IMG/VR virus record: IMGVR_UViG_3300037467_000887
Location: 1-42,037 of that record
Length of the DNA: 42,037 nucleotides
Reading direction: 5' to 3' (one strand)
DNA from: a virus
Taxonomy: Duplodnaviria; Caudoviricetes
This document shows positions 24,504 through 34,160 of this stretch, in pieces (positions within the stretch are counted from its first letter, which is position 1; the number at the start of each line of letters is the position of its first letter). The translations under genes were made by a program, and so were the position numbers. The notes under the pieces were generated by a model that was given only the letters and a program-made list of their open reading frames with translations, ran no database searches and was not told where the DNA came from.

Positions 24504-26591
24504 TCAATCGCGCTCGATGCGGCGCGTGGTGTAGAGCAGAGTCACGCCCTGCAAGATGTGCGGCACGTCCTGCGCGCGGCTGCTGTAAAACACCAGCGAC
24601 AGGTTTTTCTCGGTGCCATCGAGACAAACGACGGGAGACAGCACAGGCTGCGCATCCCAGTTGAACTGGTCCCAGATCATCTGGTCCGCGTCCCAGTACA
24701 CGCCGCCGCCATTGAGCTGCTGATCCGACAGCCCATCGGGCGGCGCCACGTCGGGCTGGCCATAGCCAATGTCGTACGACACGTTGACCTGGCAATAGGC
24801 GCTGGACGACACTTCCAGCACCGCGCGCCGCCAACGCTTACGCACGCGCGGGGTGTTGGCGTGATGGAACGGCAGCCGCACGTATGCCTCGATCGGCTGG
24901 CCATCAAAACTGGTGCCGATGTTGTCTTCGTAGACGTAGCCGTCGTCGGAGCCGAAAAAGGTGCGTTCGCCGCTGCCGTCCGCAAAGGTCGCGGTACAGA
25001 TGCAGCGCACCGGGCGTCCATAGTTGAGCGGCAGGATGCCGCTGATGTTGTCGCCGGCCAGGCCGACCACCAGGCCGGTGCCGTCGCGGAAAAACAGCCG
25101 GTACTGGTTCTTGGCATGCAGCACCGTCGACGCCGACTCCATGCCCTGCTTCCTGGCCATCAGCGGCTGGATCAGGCGCGAGATCGTGTCGAACTGGAAG
25201 TTGCCGTACCGCTGCGTGGTCGACAGCACCTGGATGCCGCGCTGCCCCATGCCATAGACGTCGTTGCCGATCGGCTGGCAGGTATATTCGGCATAGCCAT
25301 CGTCGAACGACGAGGTCTGCAGCACGAAGTTGTTGGCCGACGAGCCATACAGCATGTGCGTGCGATGTTGCGTGAAGATCGCCAGCGCCGCGCCTTCCTG
25401 GTTGCCGGCGGCCGGGATCATCGCCTTGATGTCGTCGCCGGTGGCGATCTCGCCAGCCCCGACCACCACGCTCCAGGAGAACGGGTTGCCCGGCGCCGAG
25501 AACTGGATCGAGCCGCCGAACGACAGGAACAGGATGTTGCGGTGGATCGCCAGGTGCGCCGGCGCATCGATGGCCATGCCGGTGGTGATCGGCCAATACG
25601 CAAAACCGTCGAACTCCCAGGCGCGGTTGATACCGTCGACGCCGTACATCTTGGGCGGGTTGGCCGCCCCGGAAAAGTTGTAGTTGATCGCTTCGATGTG
25701 CCCCCACGGGCCGCGCGAGATCTGGCTCGACGCCGCTGCCGCGGTCGCCACCTGGTTGATGTCGATCTTGATCGGGTTGCCGCTGGCGAACGCGTTGGTC
25801 AGCGACAGGAAAAACAGCGAGCCCTGCGCATCGGTGCCCCAGGTGCCGGAGCGCAATACCACCTTGGTGACCACGCCCGTGGCGGTGCCGCCATTGGTGA
25901 CGGTATCGCCGGGCTTGATCTCGGTGGTGCCATTCTTGAACGGCAATTCATAGCCAAACGTGATCGGCGACCAGCCAGCGGGGGTTGCCTTGAAGATGCG
26001 GCCCTTCGATCCGTCATCGGAGTCGCGGAACACAAACACCTGATCGTTCAGCACCCAGATGCCGCGGATCGGCCCCATGCCCGGCACCTTGAGAATGTCG
26101 GCGCGCAAGGTATCGGCGGCGGCGGCGCGGAAATCGGCATCCTCGGCCGGGGTGGCGGCCACGCCCGGGTCGCCGGTCACGACTGCCACGGTGGCCAGCG
26201 AGGCGCCCGAGCCAATGGTCAGCGATTCGTTGGCCAGAAAGGTGCCAGCTACTTTCGATAGCACCACCCGGCCATTGGACACCGCGGCCAGGCAGCCGGT
26301 CGCGCCCGAGGTGCCGCCCTTGACGGTCACGCCGATGGCGAACACCGATCCCGGGATCAATGGCCGCACCAGGGTCGCCGGCAACACGATGTAATTGCAG
26401 TTGCGGGCCGGGCTCAGATGCCCGTCGAAGCGTTCGTAACCATCGATGCGGCGGTAGCCGCCAGCGATCTCGGGCTCATAGTTCTGGGCGGCGGACGCGC
26501 GCCCGGCCGGCATTTCGATGGCCGGCGTCACCAGGTCCAGGCCTCCAGCGAGCGCGAAAAAGCTGTTCTGGATCTTGGACATCGGGATCAT
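24504..26591 (-). CDS. Tail nozzle / packaged-DNA stabilization protein (P22 gp10 / T7 gp12-like)
   Basis: 695 aa, beta-rich; GGL...NY....GY.R..G N-terminus; follows the adaptor gene. Confidence 0.75.
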   Translation of the reverse strand: MIPMSKIQNSFFALAGGLDLVTPAIEMPAGRASAAQNYEPEIAGGYRRIDGYERFDGHLSPARNCNYIVLPATLVRPLIPGSVFAIGVTVKGGTSGATGCLAAVSNGRVVLSKVAGTFLANESLTIGSGASLATVAVVTGDPGVAATPAEDADFRAAAADTLRADILKVPGMGPIRGIWVLNDQVFVFRDSDDGSKGRIFKATPAGWSPITFGYELPFKNGTTEIKPGDTVTNGGTATGVVTKVVLRSGTWGTDAQGSLFFLSLTNAFASGNPIKIDINQVATAAAASSQISRGPWGHIEAINYNFSGAANPPKMYGVDGINRAWEFDGFAYWPITTGMAIDAPAHLAIHRNILFLSFGGSIQFSAPGNPFSWSVVVGAGEIATGDDIKAMIPAAGNQEGAALAIFTQHRTHMLYGSSANNFVLQTSSFDDGYAEYTCQPIGNDVYGMGQRGIQVLSTTQRYGNFQFDTISRLIQPLMARKQGMESASTVLHAKNQYRLFFRDGTGLVVGLAGDNISGILPLNYGRPVRCICTATFADGSGERTFFGSDDGYVYEDNIGTSFDGQPIEAYVRLPFHHANTPRVRKRWRRAVLEVSSSAYCQVNVSYDIGYGQPDVAPPDGLSDQQLNGGGVYWDADQMIWDQFNWDAQPVLSPVVCLDGTEKNLSLVFYSSRAQDVPHILQGVTLLYTTRRIERD

Positions 26592-27316
26592 GCCAGCGGC
26601 CCCCCGAAACAGATGGGCGGCAGCTGGTCCGCCGTCAGCTGCGCAAACATGATGCTGTATTCGCGCTCGCCATTGGCGTACACCTCTGGCGCCGATTCAT
26701 AGGCGCCGTAAAACATCATCGCCCGGTAGACGATCATCATGTGGAAGTGGCCCGGCAGGATCGGCATGTCATCGTCATTGACCAGGTCGGTCGGCCGTGC
26801 CCAGCATTCGCCATTGATGGTGTAGACGGCATCCGGGGTTGGCCCCAGCACGAGGTTGCGCTGCGGGTCGAGCGTGAATGCCTCGGGCCGGCGCGTGAGG
26901 CTGCGGTAAGCGCCGAACTGGTAGGTGTCGCGAAACTCCTGCCATGGCATCCACGGCAGCTCCAACTCGGCGTCTGGCTGGCCCAGCGGGTAGCAGCGGA
27001 AGCTATTTTTCTTGTAGTCGCGCAGCGACCAGACGCCGACCTCGGTGTAGTTGTAGGAAGCCTTGTCGGCGGTGGTGTTGAACAACACCGGCTGCTGCAG
27101 GAACAGCCAGTCGCGGTGCCGTGCCAGGATGCCGGTATAGGCGCGGGCAATCCAGTTGACCAGGCGCTTGAGCTCGCCGACCTGGTTCTTGACCGTGGAC
27201 AGGCTGCCAGATACGCCGCATTCCTCCTTCAGGCGCTGCGTCATCTGCAGGAAGGTCATGCCGCCCAGGCTGTACTGCTTGCCTGGATTGACGATCAGCG
27301 GGATTGCCTGCGTCAT
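26588..27316 (-). CDS. Head-to-tail adaptor protein
   Basis: MTFLQM..RL..E, VNWI.RAY..I, LGPTPD..YTI and FH.MIVY.A motifs typical of podoviral adaptors. Confidence 0.75.
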   Translation of the reverse strand: MTQAIPLIVNPGKQYSLGGMTFLQMTQRLKEECGVSGSLSTVKNQVGELKRLVNWIARAYTGILARHRDWLFLQQPVLFNTTADKASYNYTEVGVWSLRDYKKNSFRCYPLGQPDAELELPWMPWQEFRDTYQFGAYRSLTRRPEAFTLDPQRNLVLGPTPDAVYTINGECWARPTDLVNDDDMPILPGHFHMMIVYRAMMFYGAYESAPEVYANGEREYSIMFAQLTADQLPPICFGGPLA

Positions 27317-27317
27317 G

Positions 27318-27764
27318 TCACGCCTCGGCCTTGACCGCGGCTAACCAGGCACGGCCCTTCGGATTGGGATCGCTCAACACGGTGAACGGATAGGTCAGCG
27401 CGCTTCTCTCGCGCATCTCCATCTGGTCCGGCTCCATCGGGTTCGGCGTGACCTGCGTGTACTTCGACTCGCGGCAGCGGGCCAACACCTCAACATACTT
27501 GCGCTTGACCTTGGTCGGACGGCCGCGGAAGATCGGCTGCGACTTGTCGTTGACCGACACGATCACATGGTTCGGGTCGTTTTCATTGGTCGACTCGTGG
27601 ATCTCGATCTCCAGCACTTCATTCATGAAGGCTTCCTCGGACACGGCTTGGTCGAACTCCTTGGTGACGACCGGTTCGATCTCGACCTCGGGATCGGTGA
27701 TCACTTCGATCGCGTCGTTGATCACGACATTGTTGTCGTGGTTGCGGGTCTTTTTGACTGACAT
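27318..27764 (-). CDS. Conserved hypothetical phage protein (head region)
   Basis: AGGA RBS; V.VN....I.RG....V.RKYVEVL motif. Confidence 0.7.
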   Translation of the reverse strand: MSVKKTRNHDNNVVINDAIEVITDPEVEIEPVVTKEFDQAVSEEAFMNEVLEIEIHESTNENDPNHVIVSVNDKSQPIFRGRPTKVKRKYVEVLARCRESKYTQVTPNPMEPDQMEMRERSALTYPFTVLSDPNPKGRAWLAAVKAEA

Positions 27765-27778
27765 GGAAATTCCTGTAG

Positions 27779-27808
27779 AAAAGAAAAAGGCCCGCCGGAG
27801 CGGGCCTT
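27779..27808 (-). terminator. Rho-independent terminator after the capsid/decoration genes
   Basis: AAGGCCCGC-TCCG-GCGGGCCTT followed by TTTCTTTT. Confidence 0.85.
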
Positions 27809-27822
27809 GTCGGGGCGACCGA

Positions 27823-28323
27823 TTACGCGGTCAGCGGATCAACCGCCGGCGGCGTCATGATGTCGACCGCCGTATCGACCGTGATGCCGGTGGTCGACCA
27901 GTTGTTGCTGCCGAACAGCCAGGTGCCGGACAGCGTGGCGCCGGCCTTGACCACCAGGTAGCCGAACGGGGTCAGCGTATCGGGCAGGTCGCGCGGCAGC
28001 GGCACCGGCGTCGAGTTGGCCGAGGTGTCGAGCCACGGCACGATCTTGCCTTGCGCCACCTTGACGTTGCCCGCGCTATCGAGCGCGTACAGGAAGGCGC
28101 AAGCCTGGTTGGCGCTCATCGCGTTGAACGCCTTGCCGGACACCGCATCGGTGGTCGGAGTCGCGAAGTTCGACGCCGCCGCCTTTTGTGCCTGGAACTT
28201 GCCGCCAATGGTGTAGTTGACGGCAGAACCGATGGTCGACGTGGTGGTGGTGCCGGTCGCCAGACCGGCCTTCGACAATGCCAGGTTCCCGCCCTGGACA
28301 CTGTTGGTGAGATTCATGGACAT
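27823..28323 (-). CDS. Capsid decoration/cement protein (predicted)
   Basis: CAGGAG RBS before ATG at 28323; small T/A/G-rich beta protein two genes downstream of the MCP. Confidence 0.65.
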   Translation of the reverse strand: MSMNLTNSVQGGNLALSKAGLATGTTTTSTIGSAVNYTIGGKFQAQKAAASNFATPTTDAVSGKAFNAMSANQACAFLYALDSAGNVKVAQGKIVPWLDTSANSTPVPLPRDLPDTLTPFGYLVVKAGATLSGTWLFGSNNWSTTGITVDTAVDIMTPPAVDPLTA

Positions 28324-28336
28324 GGAATGCTCCTGG

Positions 28337-28576
28337 TTAAGAAGAAGTGTTGAGGGATACCTGCGCCGACGCCGTCGCCGCCATGGCGCTGGTGGTGCCA
28401 GCTCCTGCGGTGACGCCGCCATGCGTGTGGCCGTTGATCTCGCCACGCAGCGTGTTGAACTGCGTCTTGATGGCGGCCAGGTCGGTGAGGATGGACTGCA
28501 GCAGGGCGCGCAGCTCGCGTTGCTGCGGCCCGCCCAGGCCCGCGGCATTGAGCCGCTGATCGATGGATTCAGACAT
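28337..28576 (-). CDS. Small coiled-coil structural protein with HTHGGV metal-site motif
   Basis: AGGAGG RBS; heptad LQSILTDLAAIKTQFNTLRGEI followed by NGHTHGGV. Confidence 0.7.
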   Translation of the reverse strand: MSESIDQRLNAAGLGGPQQRELRALLQSILTDLAAIKTQFNTLRGEINGHTHGGVTAGAGTTSAMAATASAQVSLNTSS

Positions 28577-28587
28577 GAGTCCTCCTA

Positions 28588-29643
28588 TTACAGGCTGGTG
28601 ACGCCAGCTTCCAGGCGCAGGAACCAGGCTTCGTTCAAGCGCACGGCGGCGAAGTAGGTGGACGCGCCGACATAGCCGAAGCGGCCCAGCGGGTTGGCGT
28701 GGCTCTTCTCTCCCGCGCGCAGGATGGTCGGGCTCATGCCATTGAAGCCCTTCAAGGCGACCTGGCCCCAGGCGTTTTCGGCCATCACGATGAACGGATA
28801 GACGTCGACGTTGGAGCCGCCGATCGACACGCAGCCATTGAGCGTGGCAGACCCGGCGCCCAGGAACGGATTCAACAGCGGGCTGGTGACGAAGCGGAAC
28901 TGCTCGGCCGAGCCGATCTCGCGCTCATGCGCCGGCTTGAAGGTGCCGTACTCTTCCACCTTGGTGAAGCCCGGCAGGTTGCGCACATCCGATTCGCAGT
29001 CGGTGTGGCAGAACACCAGGTAGGCAGGTTGCACGGCGCGGGTGCCAAAGTTCACGCCCGGGGCGAGACGCGAGGTCACGCGCTTGGCGCGGTTGGACTC
29101 CAGGATGCGGACGGCCTGGCGCAGCCGGTTCAGGCTAATCACGGTGTTGACCGAGCCGCGGGACGAGCCGTTGGCATACACCACTTGGGTGCCGGCCTTC
29201 AAGACCCCGTAGCGCACCATTTCCAGCACTTCGGCCATGGTTTCGCCGGTGATCTTTTGCATGTCCTCGGGAATCGAATCCTCGTACATGTACTCGACCT
29301 TGGAGCTGTACTTGAACAGCACGCCAAAGTCCTGCAGCGTCACGCTGACGTCTTCGTACTTGATGGTGTTGGCATTGGGCGTGACGCCTTCGGCCAGCAC
29401 GAAGTTGTTCGGATTGATCACCGGGGTGCCGACGTACTGCTGGTTGCTGATGCCGGAACCGGTGGCCAGCGCGCCGAACGGCGACAGGCGGCGGAACACC
29501 AGCGTGTCGGTCTGGTGCATCGGCATTTGTTTCTGGCTGCCGAACTGGCCGAGGACCAGGATCGGTTCGGCGTGTTCGAGCATGCCCTGCGCGGCCTTGA
29601 TCAGGTTCCGCGACGGGGAAGTGCTATAACCTTGCATAGTCAT
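28588..29643 (-). CDS. Major capsid protein, N4-gp56 family
   Basis: 351 aa; FG..K.MP, LAEGVTP, EIG..E..RFV and NPLG..GYVG motifs; AGGAG RBS. Confidence 0.92.
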   Translation of the reverse strand: MTMQGYSTSPSRNLIKAAQGMLEHAEPILVLGQFGSQKQMPMHQTDTLVFRRLSPFGALATGSGISNQQYVGTPVINPNNFVLAEGVTPNANTIKYEDVSVTLQDFGVLFKYSSKVEYMYEDSIPEDMQKITGETMAEVLEMVRYGVLKAGTQVVYANGSSRGSVNTVISLNRLRQAVRILESNRAKRVTSRLAPGVNFGTRAVQPAYLVFCHTDCESDVRNLPGFTKVEEYGTFKPAHEREIGSAEQFRFVTSPLLNPFLGAGSATLNGCVSIGGSNVDVYPFIVMAENAWGQVALKGFNGMSPTILRAGEKSHANPLGRFGYVGASTYFAAVRLNEAWFLRLEAGVTSL

Positions 29644-29671
29644 GATGGACTCCTAAAGATTGGGGATGAGG

Positions 29672-30610
29672 TCAGTACCCCCGCTGCTGCCTTTCCTTGG
29701 CGCGCTGCGCAGCCTCGTAGTCCCACAGCTCTTGGTCGGACATTTGGTCCGGCGTCTTCTGTTTGGGTACGGGCTTGCCGCGCGGCGGGGAGACGGCTTG
29801 GGCGAGGGTTTGCTTGCGGGTTTCGGTGAGGCGGGCGGCCGGCGAGGCGCGGCGCGCGTCGTCGAACAGCTTGAGCATGCGGGCGGCATCGCCGACACTC
29901 TCGGAATAGACGAGCGCCTTGATGTTGTCTGGCTGCGATTGCATCCAGTCGGCGAACGCTTGGCTGTTGATCTCGTGCTTCCAGTCCGGCATCACCGCTT
30001 CGAGCGCGGTTTCGGCGATCTCGCGGCGCATGGACTCGGTCTGGCCCTTGAGCTTCTCGGACACGATCTGGTCGATCCTGGCCGGGTCGATCGGCGACGG
30101 GGTCTTCAGGCTCGCAAGCCGCGCCTCGAAGAACTTTTCCGTCGCATTGGCCCAGGTGGGATACTCTTCCTTGAGGTCTTCCCACTCCTTCGGGTTTTTC
30201 ACCGCTTCGGCGATCTGGGCGGCGGTCGGCGCGTTGTCCACCTTGTTGGCGGCTTCGCGGCCGGCGGCCAGCTGCCCGAGCATCTTGTCGTTCAATGCTC
30301 GTTGCTGGGCAGTCAGACTGCCGATATGCCCATCGACGGAACGCTGCCGGCCTTCGAGCTTGTCGATCTTGGCAGTGAGCGTGGCGATGGCCTCGGCGAG
30401 CGGATCGGCCTTGGGAGGGGGTTCAGGATCAGCGCCGTTGTTCTCGGGTTCGGCGGCGGCGGGGGCGGTCGCGTTGTCCTTGACGTCGGATTCAGGTGCA
30501 GATTCGGGTGCCGGCTCAGGATTCGGCGGCGTGGTCGCGGTCGATCCTGCCCGCTCGGCAGCCACTTCATTCCACATGGCCTGCTGCTGTTCGGGGGTTA
30601 ATGTATCCAC
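29672..30610 (-). CDS. Capsid scaffolding protein
   Basis: GTG start with GAGG RBS; acidic/Pro-rich N-terminus, coiled coil, PDW...S..F..W motif; immediately upstream of the MCP. Confidence 0.8.
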   Translation of the reverse strand: MDTLTPEQQQAMWNEVAAERAGSTATTPPNPEPAPESAPESDVKDNATAPAAAEPENNGADPEPPPKADPLAEAIATLTAKIDKLEGRQRSVDGHIGSLTAQQRALNDKMLGQLAAGREAANKVDNAPTAAQIAEAVKNPKEWEDLKEEYPTWANATEKFFEARLASLKTPSPIDPARIDQIVSEKLKGQTESMRREIAETALEAVMPDWKHEINSQAFADWMQSQPDNIKALVYSESVGDAARMLKLFDDARRASPAARLTETRKQTLAQAVSPPRGKPVPKQKTPDQMSDQELWDYEAAQRAKERQQRGY

Positions 30611-30640
30611 TAGGGGTTCCTCTGGTTGGGCCGCGCGCAT

Positions 30641-30663
30641 AAAAAAGCCGCCTCATGGGCGGC
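30641..30663 (-). terminator. Rho-independent terminator
   Basis: GCCGCC-CATGA-GGCGGC followed by T6 on the - strand. Confidence 0.75.
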
Positions 30664-30694
30664 CTCGGCGGCAAATCACACACTCTGGGCGGGA

Positions 30695-30904
30695 TTACTC
30701 CGGTCCAGTCATCCTTGCCCGGGTTGCCTTGTCCTGATTGGTCGGCAGCGCGAGCAATTCCTTCAGGAGCGCGATGCGCCCCCGGATAAACGCGGTCTGG
30801 ACAGCGTCCATCGCCGCGTCATCGTTCTTGAACCGTTCCTGGTCGAGCTTGGTCTTGGCCCAGGCTTCGATCTGAATCCAGGAAACGTGCGGAAAATTCA
30901 TCAT
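30695..30904 (-). CDS. Small conserved head-region protein
   Basis: W..IE.W......R..ND......TA.IRGRI..LKELL pattern typical of genes between portal and scaffold. Confidence 0.7.
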   Translation of the reverse strand: MMNFPHVSWIQIEAWAKTKLDQERFKNDDAAMDAVQTAFIRGRIALLKELLALPTNQDKATRARMTGPE

Positions 30905-32271
30905 CTGGTGCCTTGATGGCGGAAGTGGACAGGCTGGCAGAACTGGCCGGAAGCGCCTGCCAGCTCCAGGTCCGCGCTGGCCGACGCCACCGCTTGCGCA
31001 TTCGCCATCAGCGCGATCTGCGTGGTGAGATCAGCCAGCGCCGTGGCCACGGCCTGCGGCGAAGCGGCCAGCGCGATCTGCGTGGTCAGTGCTGCCTGCG
31101 CCAGCGACTGGCCGGTCGCGGCAGCCACCAGCGCAATCGCCGTGGTCAGATCCGCCGTGCCGCTGGCAACCGCTTGCGCGGCAGCGACCAGCGCAATGGC
31201 CGTCGTCAAATCTGCCGTGCCAGTCGCCACCGCGGACGGGGAAGCCGCCAGCGCGATGGCCGTCGTCAAGTCGGCGCTGGTGCCAGCTGCTGCCGCCGCA
31301 CTGGCGGCCAGGGCAATCGTCGTGGTCAAGTCCGCGGTCGCCGTGGCAATCGCGCTCGGGCTGGCCGCGCGCATCGTAATGGCCGTGGTCAAGTCGGCTA
31401 TTGCCGTCGCCACCGCTTGCGGCGAGGCAGCCATCGTGATCGCCGTGGTCAAGTCCGCGGTCGCGGTCGCTACCGCCGCGGCCGACGCTTCCAGGGCGGC
31501 AGCGGCCGCCGCATTGGCTTGCATCCGGCCGGGAATCGACCATAGCTGGTACGGATTGGCCAGCAGCGATACCGCCTCGGCCACAGAGAGGCAGCGGTCC
31601 CACAGCGCCCAGGCGCCGATGTGCCCATCGAAGCCGAAGCCGTAGGCCGTGCCGTTGTGGCTCACGCCCAGCGTGATCGGCTTGGAGGCCGGCGTGGCCA
31701 TGGTATCGAGTAGCACGCCAGAGCCGTACTGGATCGAGTTCGTGTCCTTGCGGATCAGGTAGCCGGTCACCGTGCCGCCATTGCCGGACACCGTGATGAC
31801 GGCGGTGTACGTGACGCCGGTGGCGACCGTCAGGCCCAACGGATAGTCGTTGATAAACCCGAAGGTGAACACCAGGTCATTGGTGCCGGAGCGGGTCCAC
31901 AAGGACCAGCCGCGGCCGGCGCCATCGCCGCCAGCGGTGATGATGTTGGCCACCGACGGCTGCGAGTTCTGCCGGAACTCGACCATGATCGTGAACGGCG
32001 GATTGGGCGTGGTCGCGCCCGCGTAGTCCTCTCCCTGCGTGGAGGCCGTATCAAAGACCAGGGTCTTGCCGAGCCCCAGCATGGCGCCGAAGGTCGGCGC
32101 GCTGGCAGTCGGCACCGTGGGCTTGATCGCCCCGCTGGCGCGGCTTCTCGCCAGCTCGTACGGGATCGCGCTGGCATACAGCAGGCCGCGCGTGATGCCG
32201 GCTCCCCACGCCGGCTGCACCGTCGAGGGCGGCTGCCTGTTGTATCGGATCGCCCCGAGCCGCTTGGCCAT
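30901..32271 (-). CDS. LamG/concanavalin-like domain protein with Ala/Thr-rich 20-aa repeats (fibre-like)
   Basis: FTIMVEF...FDGHIGAWALWDRCLS.AE LamG-like signature; C-terminal ADLTTAI repeats. Confidence 0.75.
   Translation of the reverse strand: MAKRLGAIRYNRQPPSTVQPAWGAGITRGLLYASAIPYELARSRASGAIKPTVPTASAPTFGAMLGLGKTLVFDTASTQGEDYAGATTPNPPFTIMVEFRQNSQPSVANIITAGGDGAGRGWSLWTRSGTNDLVFTFGFINDYPLGLTVATGVTYTAVITVSGNGGTVTGYLIRKDTNSIQYGSGVLLDTMATPASKPITLGVSHNGTAYGFGFDGHIGAWALWDRCLSVAEAVSLLANPYQLWSIPGRMQANAAAAAALEASAAAVATATADLTTAITMAASPQAVATAIADLTTAITMRAASPSAIATATADLTTTIALAASAAAAAGTSADLTTAIALAASPSAVATGTADLTTAIALVAAAQAVASGTADLTTAIALVAAATGQSLAQAALTTQIALAASPQAVATALADLTTQIALMANAQAVASASADLELAGASGQFCQPVHFRHQGTR
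30965..31490 (-). repeat. About 9 degenerate 60-bp (20-aa) tandem repeats
   Basis: CGT(G/C)GT(C/G)A recurs at exactly 31021, 31081, 31141, 31201, 31261 and 31321, then 31384 and 31444. Confidence 0.9.
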
Positions 32272-32274
32272 GGC

Positions 32275-32724
32275 TTACGTGTTATAGACCTTCTGGCACG
32301 TCACCGAAGACGAACTGAAGGCGGCGCCCACTTGGTTCTCGATGATGATGCCCCAGGTCTTCGGCAGCGAGCCGCCGCAGGCTGCCTTCAGCGAGAAGCT
32401 GCCGGCATCGGTCATGCCAGAGGTTGGGAACGGGATCATCACCCCTTCCGAAAACGGGTGCGGGCTGCTCAACGTGATCGCCGCGTCCGAGCTGGTGGCG
32501 TTGCCGTCCCAGGTGGTGCCGTCGTCGTTGCTGGTCTTGACCCATACGAACACCGCCTTGCTGCCGGCTGGCGTGCCGGCCGCCATGGTCGCCTTAACCG
32601 TGATCCGGTAGTCGTCGACGTTGACCGTGGTGTCGGTGGTAACCGAGGCCGATTCGCGCGCGGAGCCGGATGCCAGGGCGCCTGGCGTGATGGTGATGGT
32701 CTGCGAAGCGTATTGGGTAGCCAT
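32275..32724 (-). CDS. Hypothetical beta-rich structural protein
   Basis: S/T-rich; Asp-box-like SNDDGTTW. Confidence 0.7.
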   Translation of the reverse strand: MATQYASQTITITPGALASGSARESASVTTDTTVNVDDYRITVKATMAAGTPAGSKAVFVWVKTSNDDGTTWDGNATSSDAAITLSSPHPFSEGVMIPFPTSGMTDAGSFSLKAACGGSLPKTWGIIIENQVGAAFSSSSVTCQKVYNT

Positions 32725-32726
32725 GG

Positions 32727-33179
32727 TCAGCTCGCCAGCGCGTTGATCACGTCATTGCGGTCGACCACCGCGCCAAAGAAGGACGACACATTGGCCGCGC
32801 CATCGACGGTCGAAAACAGCACCTCGAAGCGCGTGCCGATGCGCTTGGCGAGAGTCGTCAGGTTGACCAGCGAGGCGCTGTTCTGGGCGGAAAAGATGGT
32901 GGAAAAGCCGTTGCGGATGTTCGGCTTGGTGGCGTCGATTTTGCCCTGGATCATCGCGAGGTAGCAGTTTTGCTTGACCGCGGTGAAGCCGGCGAACTCG
33001 GCCCAGACGATCGCGGTGTTCAATTCGTCGACCGAGATCGATGGCCGCCACAGGCTGGTGGCCGAGTCGGCGTTGTAGTAGGCGACGATCGCGTCGATAT
33101 CCTGGGCAGCGGCTTCGGCCGCCTGGTTCGCCAGGATGTCGGCCTTGAACGTGGCTTGCTGTGAAGAAGTCAGGTCCAT
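32727..33179 (-). CDS. Hypothetical protein
   Basis: 150 aa; 2-nt spacing to both neighbours. Confidence 0.7.
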   Translation of the reverse strand: MDLTSSQQATFKADILANQAAEAAAQDIDAIVAYYNADSATSLWRPSISVDELNTAIVWAEFAGFTAVKQNCYLAMIQGKIDATKPNIRNGFSTIFSAQNSASLVNLTTLAKRIGTRFEVLFSTVDGAANVSSFFGAVVDRNDVINALAS

Positions 33180-33181
33180 GA

Positions 33182-33625
33182 TCAGTTATCGATCTGGCAG
33201 GTAAAGGCGGCAGTGGCAAACTTCGGGGCCGGGTCGCCATTGTTGATGTTCTTCGCATTGGCCAGCGGCGACCAGAACAGCAGGTTGCCTGCCCCCGCCG
33301 TGGACGAATCGTACAGGCCCATGCCGACGATCTGGCCCCAGTCGGCGCTCGGCGTCGGGAACGTGACATCGGCATTATTCTTGGTGGTGCCGGTGGTGCC
33401 GCTGGAGGTGGCCGCGGTGCCGCCGGCCGTGTCCTGCCAGTTGGTGGTAGACGGGTTCAATGCCACCCGCGCATAGCCACCGCCGGACACCTCGGTGCCA
33501 CCGCCGGGATCGCTCGGGGTGGCCGTCATCAGGCCAAACGCCAGCGTGGTCGGCATGGTGTACTGCACGCCCCGGAAAATGTGGTCAATCAGCTTGTTTT
33601 CCAGGTAATTCGACATATTGGCCAT
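33182..33625 (-). CDS. Phage fibre-associated structural protein (MSNYLENKL..H family)
   Basis: MSNYLENKLIDH...EVSGGGYARV...N...TFP..DWG...GLYD...GNLL motif, a family commonly annotated as phage tail-fibre protein. Confidence 0.75.
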   Translation of the reverse strand: MANMSNYLENKLIDHIFRGVQYTMPTTLAFGLMTATPSDPGGGTEVSGGGYARVALNPSTTNWQDTAGGTAATSSGTTGTTKNNADVTFPTPSADWGQIVGMGLYDSSTAGAGNLLFWSPLANAKNINNGDPAPKFATAAFTCQIDN

Positions 33626-33627
33626 GA

Positions 33628-34158
33628 TCAGCTCCCCAGCAGTTTCTTGATCTGTTCACGGGCCTCGGCCAGCTGCTTTTCTGCCGTTTCCCGCTCGGCC
33701 TGCGCCGCATCGCGCGCCGCCTTCTCCTCGTCGGCTTGCCGCTTCATCGCCTCGACCTGTTGCTCCAGCTCGGCCAGCTGAGCCTGCGCCGAATCGGCCA
33801 CGGCACGGGCCTTGACCTTCGCGTCATTGACGATCGCCGCCGCATCCATGCGGGCGCGGTTGAGCACGCCTCTCGCCTCGCTGTCGACGTTGCGCTTTTT
33901 CTCTTCGCAGAAGGCATCCGTTTCAGCCTTGAGCTGCTCGCATTCGGCAGCGATCTTCGCGCGCGTGGCGGTGGTTTCGACCAGCTGCTCCTGCAACTGG
34001 TCGCGCTGGGCGGTCAATTCCTTGACCTGGCCATTGAGTTCGGCGGACAGGTTGTCGATCGAGCCAAGTTCGGTGATCGCCTCGGCCACGGCTTGCATGT
34101 CGTGGTACTGGTTCATCATGCGCGCCAGCGCATCGGTGGCATTCTGGAATTTGCCCAT
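33628..34158 (-). CDS. Coiled-coil protein
   Basis: A/E/Q/K-rich heptads throughout. Confidence 0.7.
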   Translation of the reverse strand: MGKFQNATDALARMMNQYHDMQAVAEAITELGSIDNLSAELNGQVKELTAQRDQLQEQLVETTATRAKIAAECEQLKAETDAFCEEKKRNVDSEARGVLNRARMDAAAIVNDAKVKARAVADSAQAQLAELEQQVEAMKRQADEEKAARDAAQAERETAEKQLAEAREQIKKLLGS

Positions 34159-34160
34159 GA

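Noticed and set aside
28337-28590. Capsid readthrough or frameshift extension
   Set aside because: The MCP ends in a double stop TAATAG, the next gene has its own AGGAGG RBS, and no slippery site was seen
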